A DNA stretch of 64,000 nt. Source: a virus (taxonomy: Duplodnaviria; Caudoviricetes). The translations under genes were made by a program, and so were the position numbers. A model generated the notes under the pieces. It had not been told where the DNA came from. It saw nothing but the letters and a program-made list of their open reading frames with translations, and searched no databases. Shown one piece after another: positions 49,533 through 58,553 of the stretch. The stretch lies in the IMG/VR virus record IMGVR_UViG_3300034126_000020, positions 192,001 to 256,000 of that record; one strand, written 5' to 3'. The number at the start of each line of letters is the position of its first letter. The stretch's first letter is position 1.

Positions 49533-49677
49533 TTATCGAGTCTCCCACGATAATGGTATGCCAGTTGTCTGATATTCAATATTAGACAAGCTTCGTTTTT
49601 AAGTAACGCCCCAAAGATTTCACGGCCCCTTTTCCAAGCGGCATCTGAACCGATGGAGATCCCAACGGAGAGCATAA

Positions 49678-52068
49678 ATGAGTACTGTCCTTCCACAATA
49701 CCCTTTCGATCCGACGGGTGTCGCGGCAACAAACAAGGTGACCGAGACCCAGTCGATTCGTTCGCGGGGTACGTTCGATCACTATTACATCATTCCGCGC
49801 CTCGGTCCGTTCTACGCCACAAGCGTAAAGCTGCGACTGTATCCGCAGGGTGCAAACGTCAACAACCCAGCGTTGGGTACTGACCTTCACGAAGGTGAGC
49901 ACTACAACTTCGGGTATCACTTCGCTTACGCGTCTCATACCATTGGTTTGCCGGTCTACGGCGCCATTACGTTCTACGATCGCAATCTCGAAGGTCAGCT
50001 CCGCATGGAGTACCAGACCATCGGTGACGATTGGGTACTGGATGATCAGGCGTACAGTGAACTCCTGCTTAACGTGGCGTTTAACCCACGCATCGCAAAC
50101 TGGGAACAGGTGGTTGAACTGCCTCGTGAATTCCCGGTGGTCAACCATGACTTCAGCATTGACGACTTTGTCGGCATGTCGGAAGTGGTCGATGAGCTGG
50201 CGGACATTGAGCGAGCATTGCTTCAACAAGGTGTCGGTGGCATCGCAGAACACATCGCCGACAAGTCCAACCCTCACGCTGTCACTAAAGCGCAGGTCGG
50301 ACTGAGCCTGGTGGATAACTTCCCTACTGCTACTGTAGGTGAAGCGACCGCTGCGGTAGCCAATAACCGTTTTATGACGCCTCTGCGAACCAAGCAGTTG
50401 ATCGACGCTGTCGCCACTGCCGCGCTCAATGCGCACATGGCTGACATGAACAACCCACACACCGTGACCAAAGCGCAAGTCGGTCTCGGTAGTGTGCAGA
50501 ACTTTGCCTTGGCCACACAGGCTGAAGCCGAAGCCGGTGCCTCGAACGCCCGTTACATGACTCCCCTGCGGACTCGTGAAGCAATCGAAGCCATCGCAGG
50601 TGCAAAGATCGACGGTCACATTGCGGACAAGAACAACCCTCACGGCACTACCAAAGCGCAGGTAGGTTTGGGTAACGTCATCAACATCGGCATTGCAACC
50701 AACGCGGCTGCTCTGTCCGGTACCGATGACTCAGGTATCATCACCCCTCGTCTGTTGTCGTTGGTGTTGAGTGAAACGGTAGGGTCGGGTGTTACTGACC
50801 ACATCAATAACTTCAACAACCCACACAGCACGACCAAGTCCCAAGTCGGCTTGGGCAGCGTTGAGAACTTCGGTATTGCTACACCTGCCGAAGCTGCTGA
50901 TGCGACTGCCAACAACAAGTACATGACGCCGCTGGCTGTTCGTCAAGCGATCAACGCCTTGGTGGGTGACAGTTCGAATGCTCACGTCAGTGACTTCAAC
51001 AACCCGCACAAAGTGACGGCTGCTCAGGTTGGTACGTACACCGAGCAAGAGATTGACGCTCTGCTGCTGGACAAGTTGGACGTGACTGCCGCGGCAGCTA
51101 ACGCCCTGAAGGTCTACGGCTTGACTCAAGCTCAGTTGGCTGCATGGGTAGGGACTCTGAAGGCAGGCGATACCATCCTGTTCGATGGCAAGACCTACAT
51201 CGATGTCATGAACACCTTCTTGGCCAGTAAGGTTGCTGACACGTCGAAGTTTGACGGGAAGACCTACGCTGAAGTGAAGGCCGACATGGCCGGTCAGGTG
51301 GCGGGCAGCAAGATTCAGTACGCTGTCCCTGAAATGCCTCTGCTGATCGACGGTACCGGTAACGAAGTCCCTGCTCCGGTTCACTGGATCTTGTTGGGTA
51401 GCTTCAAAGCCCCAATCAATGGTCTGCATGCAGACCTGACGTTGATGCTGACTGGTGGCCGTAACGATGAATCCCTCAACGCAGACAAGCAACACACTGC
51501 GCTGTTGGAGATCGGTGCGACCTACGACCAAGAAGGCGGTGTAGGTGACTTCACTCTGCATCCTCGTGGTGCGGCAGTCAAGCACTTGTCGGCTGGTGCG
51601 TACCCAATGACGTTGGGCTTTGTGGTTACAGGTACTAACCTGAACTCGAAGATCGATGTCTACCTCAAAGGGGTGGGTCAGCGCAACCCGATCAACATCA
51701 CTGAGCTGTCGGACAAGCTCTGGATTCCGGCTACGTTCCCATCGTGGGAAGATCTGGCTGACATCGTTACTGTGGAACCTACCGGGATTGTTTACCCGGC
51801 TGTCTTCACTGACGGTACAGCAGACATCGCGGCATTGCAGGCTTTCCAAGCCCGTCGTGATAACCCTCACGTTGTGACCAAAGCTCAAGTAGGGCTGGCA
51901 TCCACGCCGAACTACGCTGCGGCAACCAACGCCCAGGCGGTAACCGGCACTGCAACGAACCTGTTGATGACCCCTGCAACAACCACCGCCAAAGTCGATG
52001 ATTCTATCGGCAAGATGTGCGATGAGTTGATCACGGTCATTGATGCGTCGATGCCGCTGTTCGCTTGA
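49678..52068 (+). CDS. Tail fibre protein with HxxDxxNPHxxTKAQVGL repeats (phiKZ gp145/146-like)
   Basis: N-terminal YPFDPTG baseplate-anchor motif and six repeats. Confidence 0.8.
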   Translation: MSTVLPQYPFDPTGVAATNKVTETQSIRSRGTFDHYYIIPRLGPFYATSVKLRLYPQGANVNNPALGTDLHEGEHYNFGYHFAYASHTIGLPVYGAITFYDRNLEGQLRMEYQTIGDDWVLDDQAYSELLLNVAFNPRIANWEQVVELPREFPVVNHDFSIDDFVGMSEVVDELADIERALLQQGVGGIAEHIADKSNPHAVTKAQVGLSLVDNFPTATVGEATAAVANNRFMTPLRTKQLIDAVATAALNAHMADMNNPHTVTKAQVGLGSVQNFALATQAEAEAGASNARYMTPLRTREAIEAIAGAKIDGHIADKNNPHGTTKAQVGLGNVINIGIATNAAALSGTDDSGIITPRLLSLVLSETVGSGVTDHINNFNNPHSTTKSQVGLGSVENFGIATPAEAADATANNKYMTPLAVRQAINALVGDSSNAHVSDFNNPHKVTAAQVGTYTEQEIDALLLDKLDVTAAAANALKVYGLTQAQLAAWVGTLKAGDTILFDGKTYIDVMNTFLASKVADTSKFDGKTYAEVKADMAGQVAGSKIQYAVPEMPLLIDGTGNEVPAPVHWILLGSFKAPINGLHADLTLMLTGGRNDESLNADKQHTALLEIGATYDQEGGVGDFTLHPRGAAVKHLSAGAYPMTLGFVVTGTNLNSKIDVYLKGVGQRNPINITELSDKLWIPATFPSWEDLADIVTVEPTGIVYPAVFTDGTADIAALQAFQARRDNPHVVTKAQVGLASTPNYAAATNAQAVTGTATNLLMTPATTTAKVDDSIGKMCDELITVIDASMPLFA
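50251..51030 (+). repeat. Five tandem ~61-aa fibre repeats (a sixth lies at ~51850-51920)
   Basis: H-x5-NPH-x2-TK[AS]QVGLG units; first two His starts at 50251 and 50434 (183 nt apart). Confidence 0.85.
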
Positions 52069-52075
52069 TCTTGAG

Positions 52076-52109
52076 ACACGCTGCGTCTAACGGCGTAGCG
52101 TGTTGTTTT
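52076..52109 (+). terminator. Rho-independent terminator / attenuator between the fibre genes
   Basis: ACACGCTGCGTC-TAAC-GGCGTAGCGTGT followed by TGTTTT. Confidence 0.6.
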
Positions 52110-52138
52110 CGAAACTATTCGGATGATGGAGTTTCTCC

Positions 52139-53584
52139 ATGAGTGTACCACCGATTATCCAGTACCCTCTTGACCTAGACGGTACGTCACTGACGAACAA
52201 GATTGTCGGTGAGCGACGGGAAATCAGTACAAACACGGCTCGCGCGTTTGTTCCCAAGGCAGGTCCTTTCTACACCAGTTCGTTTGTCATCATCAACGCA
52301 GACACCGGGGTTCCCTTGGTGCCGGTTGACGACTACGTGCTGGCCCAACCGTTTTCTCAGGCTTCCTTGCGAAGCGGTAAAGACGTGCAGTGCGCTGTGG
52401 TCCTTAAAGTGCAAGCCCCTATCACGGTGATCATGGATTACCAAGTGGTGGGTGGTGAGTACTCCTGGAACCTGAAGGCGCTGGCTGACTTGATCGAACA
52501 GGTCAACCTCGATGAACGCCCTATCAAATGGGGTTCCATCATCGGACGTCCTACGGCGTATCCGCCGGCTCCTCACATCCACGACATCGGCGATACATAC
52601 GGCTGGGAATACGTGGTGTGGCAACTGGAGCGAATCACCAACGCGATCTTGGTCGGTGACGAAGCGTCTCACGATGAACTGCGTCAACAGATGCAATTCA
52701 TTCGGGATCAACTGCAAGCGAACATCGATGCAGTGGACCTGAAGATCGACAACCACCTGAACGATTTCAATAACCCTCACAACACCACGAAAGCTCAAGT
52801 GGGTCTGGGGTCTGTTGAGAACTATCCGGTGGCATCGAACGCTGAGGCTCTGGCGGGTGTCGTTGGTAACCGTTACATGACGCCTACGCTGGTGTCGATT
52901 CTGGCCAACCGTATCTCTCAGGAGATCACGGATGCTCACGAAGCCAAGAAGAACAACCCTCACGCCGTTACAAAGGCACAGGTTGGTCTGGGCAGCGTAG
53001 ACAACTTCGCCACGGCTTCGCAAGCCCAGGCAGAAGCCGGTACAGCCCCTGATGTGTTCATGACACCTCAGCGCACGTACCAAGCGATCATGGTGTTCGC
53101 AGGCAACAAGATCAACCAGCACGTTGCTGACGTCAATAACCCACACCAGACCACCAAGGCGCAAGTCGGTCTCGGTTTGGTTGACAACTTCCAGACCGCG
53201 TCGGTGGCTGAAGCTCAGCAAGGTATCCTGAACGATCGCTTCATGACACCTGCTCGTACCAAGGCGGCTATTGATGCCATGGTCGGCAACGTGATCAACC
53301 AGCACATCTCGAACTTCAACAATCCGCACAACACGACCAAAGCGCAAGTGGGGTTGGGGAACATCCCGAACAACATCACTCGTTCTCGTGGGTTGAACTC
53401 CGACGATTACCTGCTGACCGCTGGCGGCATCTTCGATCACGTGAACTCTGCGGATCACGATGCTCGTTACGCACCCAAGAACACCCCGGGTGTCGACTGC
53501 TCTGTTCACTGGAACGGTTCGGCGGCCTACGTGTGGGGCGGCGGTGCTTGGCGTCAAGTGTGGCCACCGCTGTGGCAAGATTGA
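52139..53584 (+). CDS. Second tail fibre paralogue with four NNPH repeats
   Basis: YPLDLDGTSLTNKI N-terminus paralogous to the upstream fibre; Trp-rich C-terminus WRQVWPPLWQD. Confidence 0.8.
   Translation: MSVPPIIQYPLDLDGTSLTNKIVGERREISTNTARAFVPKAGPFYTSSFVIINADTGVPLVPVDDYVLAQPFSQASLRSGKDVQCAVVLKVQAPITVIMDYQVVGGEYSWNLKALADLIEQVNLDERPIKWGSIIGRPTAYPPAPHIHDIGDTYGWEYVVWQLERITNAILVGDEASHDELRQQMQFIRDQLQANIDAVDLKIDNHLNDFNNPHNTTKAQVGLGSVENYPVASNAEALAGVVGNRYMTPTLVSILANRISQEITDAHEAKKNNPHAVTKAQVGLGSVDNFATASQAQAEAGTAPDVFMTPQRTYQAIMVFAGNKINQHVADVNNPHQTTKAQVGLGLVDNFQTASVAEAQQGILNDRFMTPARTKAAIDAMVGNVINQHISNFNNPHNTTKAQVGLGNIPNNITRSRGLNSDDYLLTAGGIFDHVNSADHDARYAPKNTPGVDCSVHWNGSAAYVWGGGAWRQVWPPLWQD
52754..53375 (+). 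repeat. Four tandem ~61-aa fibre repeats
   Basis: NNPHNTTKAQVGLG, NNPHAVTKAQVGLG, NNPHQTTKAQVGLG, NNPHNTTKAQVGLG. Confidence 0.85.
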
Positions 53585-53608
53585 TCTGACTACCTAGAGG
53601 ACTGCATC

Positions 53609-54115
53609 ATGTTTCAACGGCTGGATAACCTGTTCGCTGAGATCAGTGAAGAACTGCTGGACCTTGACGTCCTGATGATGAGTCCTTTTGTGTACGAGCA
53701 GGGCTTGGTGAAGTTTATCAAGAACGGCGGTAGTCATGACGTATTCACTATTTCCGATTACCTTGAGATTGACGACAAGCCAGTCAAGGTAGAAGGCATG
53801 GAACGCCTCAACGGAACCATGTGGAAAGTCTGTAAGCGGTTGGCAGATCACTTCGGCCATGAAGGCCCGGTGACCTGTCACCTGTTTATATCCCCTAAAG
53901 ACGGGGTGAGTTTCCCGATGCACACTGACCTGGATGATGTGGTTATTCACATGGTCACAGGACAAAAGACTTTCGAGTCAACGGACGGGTCGATGGACCT
54001 TGTAGCCGGTGACTCCATTTACATCCCGAGAGGCACGAAGCATCGTGCCATCAACACTGACAGTTCCCTTATGCTGAGTTTTGGCTTGGAACTCTTCACG
54101 GAAGCCAAACTGTGA
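53609..54115 (+). CDS. JmjC/cupin 2-oxoglutarate-Fe(II) oxygenase (Cupin_4/RoxA-like)
   Basis: SFPMHTDLDDV (HxD), GQKTF, GDSIYIPRGTKH (distal His). Confidence 0.85.
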   Translation: MFQRLDNLFAEISEELLDLDVLMMSPFVYEQGLVKFIKNGGSHDVFTISDYLEIDDKPVKVEGMERLNGTMWKVCKRLADHFGHEGPVTCHLFISPKDGVSFPMHTDLDDVVIHMVTGQKTFESTDGSMDLVAGDSIYIPRGTKHRAINTDSSLMLSFGLELFTEAKL

Positions 54116-55149
54116 ATCAAAAGACCATTTACGTCAAGACCACCGGTACTTGCAACCTGAACTGTCAGCACTGTTTCACCAACGGGAAGAACGGGGATAA
54201 GACCCACTTCAACCCAGAGGCCACAGTGGCCTGGATCAAAGACTTTATGTCTCGGTATCCGGAAGACACCCACTACCACATCGAGTTCCATGGTGGGGAG
54301 CCTTTCCTCGTGCCCTTGGAGAAGATGCAGATCGTAGCGGATGCGTTCATCGAACAAGAGAACGTGTCCATGTGTGCCAACAGCAACTTGACCTTCAAGA
54401 TGACTGATGCGCACATCGACTTCATCAAGCATTATTTTGGTGGTTACATCGGGACCAGTTGGGATCATTGGATTCGCTGGAGCAACGAGAAGCAGGTGAA
54501 CCTGTGGAAGAGCAATCTTCGGTTGCTGAAGTCCCATGGCATTGACATTGGTCTCAAGGTGTCTGTCAGTCGTCCTCTGATTGAGACCACGCCTGATTGG
54601 TTCATTGATCAGATGGAAGCCATTGCGGTGGACGATGTGTCGCTTGAGCGTCTGACCCACGACGGCAGTGCTGAGGTCAACCTCGACATCTTCCCCAACA
54701 ACGAGGCTCAGGATAACTGGTACCTCGCGCTTTATTTGCGTTACAAAGAAAGGAACCCGCGCGTAAAGATTCGCACCTTGGACATCATCGAGCAAAAGCT
54801 CAAGATGAAAATGGTAAGAGTCGACACCAACTGCCGGAACTGTGAGCAGAACCTTGTGACGATGAACCCAGATGGGTCGTTGTCGGGTTGCCCTAACGCA
54901 GCCACCAAGCTTCACCATGCCAAGTTAGAGCAGGGCGTCGATGCGTTCCTCAATTCCGACAGTCGGATTGATGAGATCGTAAGCGAAGTGACGCGGAGTG
55001 ATACGTGCATTACGTGCGACGTGTACGATCTATGTGGGGGTGATTGCCATCGTCTCCCATGGCAGAAAGGTCGCTGTGGTGGTCTGAAAAACACACTGCG
55101 TTATTTGTCTGGTCGTGCTCAACAGTCCAACCTGATTATAAAGGTGTGA
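54112..55149 (+). CDS. Radical SAM/SPASM protein 1
   Basis: CNLNCQHC (CxxxCxxC), FHGGEP, C-terminal C..C...GCP...CxxC....CGGDC...C. Confidence 0.92.
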   Translation: MNQKTIYVKTTGTCNLNCQHCFTNGKNGDKTHFNPEATVAWIKDFMSRYPEDTHYHIEFHGGEPFLVPLEKMQIVADAFIEQENVSMCANSNLTFKMTDAHIDFIKHYFGGYIGTSWDHWIRWSNEKQVNLWKSNLRLLKSHGIDIGLKVSVSRPLIETTPDWFIDQMEAIAVDDVSLERLTHDGSAEVNLDIFPNNEAQDNWYLALYLRYKERNPRVKIRTLDIIEQKLKMKMVRVDTNCRNCEQNLVTMNPDGSLSGCPNAATKLHHAKLEQGVDAFLNSDSRIDEIVSEVTRSDTCITCDVYDLCGGDCHRLPWQKGRCGGLKNTLRYLSGRAQQSNLIIKV

Positions 55150-55150
55150 T

Positions 55151-55687
55151 ATGGCCGAAGTAATTACTCGGAACCGGATGGCCGTCAACGCCAACTCCAT
55201 TCTGAAGAACAACATGAACAGCGGAATCAGTTGGGGGACGAATAACTATCCTGCCAACTCCATTCCCGGCTGGTTCGCTGGTACGACTGCTGGGGTAGAC
55301 TTCACTGCCACTGTAGCGCACTTCCAAGCCGGTAAACCCAGTGCGTCTCAGACAGTAGCTGTGCTGCGTAACATCGCAAACGTCTTCGGTGGCGTGCGGA
55401 CTACGCGGATCGTCATCTACTACAACAACAACGGAAACCTGCAAGTCCAGTACGATGGAACTGCGGTGGCCAACACTATATACGGTGTAGGTGATTTCGC
55501 CTCCCAAGCCAACCTCGGTGGCCTTGGCGTCAACACTCCTTTGTCCTTGAACATGTTCAACGCTGCCTGTCTGGCGCTTTGGAACGTGTACGTGGCCAAC
55601 TGCCGTAACCAAGTCCTTACCCTGACCAACACCGTTTGCCACACGAGCTGCCACGTAAGTTGCCACTCGTCCCGCGGTCGTCGGTAA
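55151..55687 (+). CDS. Asn/Gly-rich protein with C-terminal CHxS repeat (CHTSCHVSCHSSRGRR); candidate radical-SAM substrate
   Basis: 178 aa; starts 2 nt after the rSAM1 stop; triple C-H-x-S at the extreme C-terminus. Confidence 0.75.
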   Translation: MAEVITRNRMAVNANSILKNNMNSGISWGTNNYPANSIPGWFAGTTAGVDFTATVAHFQAGKPSASQTVAVLRNIANVFGGVRTTRIVIYYNNNGNLQVQYDGTAVANTIYGVGDFASQANLGGLGVNTPLSLNMFNAACLALWNVYVANCRNQVLTLTNTVCHTSCHVSCHSSRGRR

Positions 55688-55704
55688 TCATCGAGGAGAA
55701 CATC

Positions 55705-56514
55705 GTGGACAAGACTACCGAAGTGGAAGTCAAGAAAGAGCCTAACAAGCTGCCAGTACCGCGCTTTGCACCCATTGAAGGTGAGCTGGTTGTCATTGAG
55801 ACCACCGTGCCTGTCCCCATCATGGTCATGCGTCGTAAGTTCACCGAGAACATCAAGTTCATCGTGGACTACGACAACAGCCGTCACAAAGGCAAGGTGT
55901 TCATCACGTACATCACCAACATGGGTGTTGAATGTGAACTGCGGTTCGGGTCCGTTGAGTCTAAACTGGAACTGGTGAAAGAGTATCTTCACGTCACCTC
56001 CATGGTGGACCTGCCGCAATTGGAAGACGTCGTGATCAATCTGTTGCTGGCAGCGACGGGCAAGCCTTACCACTTGGACTTCAATCCTCTGGACTTCATT
56101 CTGGAGAACGAAGAGATCCTTCAGGTATGGATGCGGAACTGCTGCATGGTCCCGACGTACGCCCTGCACAGTTACCCGCCCACTGAGGACCAGGTCAAGA
56201 ACTACGAAGAGATCCCAGGTGATGACCTGAGCGGTATCAACTTCGTGCACTTGGCCAGCCACATCTTGTTCCCGATGTTGATTTCTGACGTCCCTGAAGA
56301 GCACTGGTGCTGGAACAAGACGTTCTTCAAGGAGTACTGCTTCGGTGGACACAACCTGTTCTACTACACGCAGTCGGAGAACAACCCGTTCTTCATGGCG
56401 TTGCTGGTGATCAGTGAACCGGAAGCAGTGGGTGATCTGGGGATTGCAGCGGCTACCATCCTGCAAGAAAACCACACTTACCTAAAGGGCCTCGAACATG
56501 TACCATCTGCTTAA
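55705..56514 (+). CDS. Hypothetical protein of the radical SAM cluster
   Basis: GTG start with GAGGAG RBS; stop overlaps the next gene. Confidence 0.7.
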   Translation: MDKTTEVEVKKEPNKLPVPRFAPIEGELVVIETTVPVPIMVMRRKFTENIKFIVDYDNSRHKGKVFITYITNMGVECELRFGSVESKLELVKEYLHVTSMVDLPQLEDVVINLLLAATGKPYHLDFNPLDFILENEEILQVWMRNCCMVPTYALHSYPPTEDQVKNYEEIPGDDLSGINFVHLASHILFPMLISDVPEEHWCWNKTFFKEYCFGGHNLFYYTQSENNPFFMALLVISEPEAVGDLGIAAATILQENHTYLKGLEHVPSA

Positions 56515-57553
56515 CCAGACGTACGTCGATTCTGAAACACGGATTGACCGTACAGCAAATACGATCACCATCTCGCCACAGGTGGGGTTCGAATACATCC
56601 CTCAGCCTAACGAGAAGGTCGGGACTCACTTGGGTTACGGGACCAGTCTGGATGCTTTCACGCCAGAACAGTTCCATGACCTGATGGTGGCGGCTAATGA
56701 GCTGAACGAGAAGGTTGTCATCTACAGCGATGGCCGGACCTACGCTCGCATGTACGCCATGTTGGTCAAAGCGGTGTTCCCGAACATCGACTTCGACAAC
56801 TTCTGCTGGTTCATGCTCTGCAAGAAAGCCACGTTCAACTCGATCATCGTGGCCATGGGCGAACCCCGGGTTGACGTGCTGTCGAGCGTGGTGATCAACC
56901 GGGCTGTCTGCAAAGAACTGTTCGAAGCTGAAGAGCCTCTTCAAGAGACCTTCAATGAACTGGTCGCTGACGACGCTGATGCACTGTCGCTGGAATGGCA
57001 CATTGCTCGGTTGCGGACTGAAGGCATTTCGGGAAAGATCCCAAAGGCAACCAAGACCATCTTGCGCCGCATCGCTCTGTCGAACGCGCATGATGCCATG
57101 GATGTCTGGGCCCGTCACCTGACCCGTCCTCAGTTCTGGGACATGGCCGGTGCTGACATGGACACTCTGCTCAATGCACCGTCCGTGTTTGAAGGGTGCT
57201 TGGGTCTGCCTCACTTGGCCTCCCAACAGTTGCTGCGTCCTGGCCTGTACGATTTCCGTCCGAACGACACGTGGATCAAAGGCATGCTGCGTGAAGCAGT
57301 GGACCTGATGCACCGTCTTGAAGATGGTTCGTCGGCTGAACGTGCCGCTGAGATCCTGCGTCTGCTGGAAGATGACCGCAACATGGTCGAGGCAGCTAAC
57401 TGTCTGGACCGGGTCAACCGGATGTTCAATGGCGAGATGCGTATTGCCCTGGCCATGCGTGACACCGGCAAGTACGACGAGAACCTCATTCGTCACATCC
57501 TGAACATGGAGCTGTCTGTTCTCAAGGCAGCCTTGGAAGGGGCGACCTGGTAA
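56498..57553 (+). CDS. Hypothetical protein of the radical SAM cluster (351 aa)
   Basis: Overlaps the upstream gene; TAATG coupling to rSAM2. Confidence 0.75.
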   Translation: MYHLLNQTYVDSETRIDRTANTITISPQVGFEYIPQPNEKVGTHLGYGTSLDAFTPEQFHDLMVAANELNEKVVIYSDGRTYARMYAMLVKAVFPNIDFDNFCWFMLCKKATFNSIIVAMGEPRVDVLSSVVINRAVCKELFEAEEPLQETFNELVADDADALSLEWHIARLRTEGISGKIPKATKTILRRIALSNAHDAMDVWARHLTRPQFWDMAGADMDTLLNAPSVFEGCLGLPHLASQQLLRPGLYDFRPNDTWIKGMLREAVDLMHRLEDGSSAERAAEILRLLEDDRNMVEAANCLDRVNRMFNGEMRIALAMRDTGKYDENLIRHILNMELSVLKAALEGATW

Positions 57554-58548
57554 TGGAACTGATCCCTGTAGTGAACATACTCAGGGATAAGAAGGGTCGC
57601 CGTAAGGAGGCCCATCTGATCCTGTTCGAATGGTGCAACCTGCGGTGTTCCTTCTGCCATCAGGACCACGATTCCAAAGTGGGCTTCGATGCGGTTGACA
57701 TGATCCGTAAAGCACAAACGCTGATCGACGAAGTGGACAGTGAATCGGAGATCGTGATCAACATCACCGGTGGTGAACTGTTCATGGACGATGTACCGGA
57801 CTGGATGTTCGGTTACTACCTGACGATTGGCAGAATGCTGCTCGAGAACTTCCCTCATGCCAAATTGGTCTGGGGGACGAACTTGATCTTCAAGGATGTC
57901 TGGCGAGTGGCTCGTTTGATCCACATGCTGAGACCGTATGGTAAAGTCGTTCTGGCTACGTCGTATGATCCTGCTGGGCGGTTCAATGAGATGCAGCGTA
58001 TTCGCTTCTTCGAAGTGCTTGAAGAAGTTGCTCCTCTGGTTGAAACGGTCAACGTGGTGATCACCAAGCAGAACATCGAGTCCTTCCTTGCGGGCCGGGA
58101 AGGTCGGGAAGTGGCTTGGCTCTGTGAGCAGTTCGACGTGTACTTCGATCACTACATCCCTAGCCAGATGTACGAGTACATTCAGCCGGATGAAGAGTTG
58201 ATCAGCGCCTTGTACCTGCACCTGAACAAGAAGTACCCCAACTCCTACCCGATCAAGGACTGGAAGGCTAACGTGATCAATGAGACCACGTGCCGTTCTA
58301 CCAAGATCATCAACAAGGACGGCGTTGTCAGTACTTGTTGGTCTGAGGCAGGCAAGGGTGCGATCTTGGATGAGGCTGAAGGCTTGCGGGCTAAGGACGA
58401 AGCAGAGATTGCGTTCGTGGAACATTACGAGTGCTTCTCCTGTGAGTACTACACCCGGTGTGGCTTGCGGTGCTTCCTCCATGACACTGTCTTGGGTGAG
58501 AAGTCCAAGGTGTGCAGCATCAAGACCATGTTCGACGAAATCTTGTGA
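57553..58548 (+). CDS. Radical SAM/SPASM protein 2
   Basis: CNLRCSFC, ITGGE, C-terminal TC...TC...CFSC....CGLRC...C. Confidence 0.92.
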   Translation: MELIPVVNILRDKKGRRKEAHLILFEWCNLRCSFCHQDHDSKVGFDAVDMIRKAQTLIDEVDSESEIVINITGGELFMDDVPDWMFGYYLTIGRMLLENFPHAKLVWGTNLIFKDVWRVARLIHMLRPYGKVVLATSYDPAGRFNEMQRIRFFEVLEEVAPLVETVNVVITKQNIESFLAGREGREVAWLCEQFDVYFDHYIPSQMYEYIQPDEELISALYLHLNKKYPNSYPIKDWKANVINETTCRSTKIINKDGVVSTCWSEAGKGAILDEAEGLRAKDEAEIAFVEHYECFSCEYYTRCGLRCFLHDTVLGEKSKVCSIKTMFDEIL

Positions 58549-58553
58549 CACGG

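Noticed and set aside
50251-53375. Regularly spaced DNA repeats that could suggest a CRISPR array or a diversity-generating element
   Set aside because: They are degenerate in-frame protein repeats (third positions vary), with no unique spacers, cas genes or reverse transcriptase.
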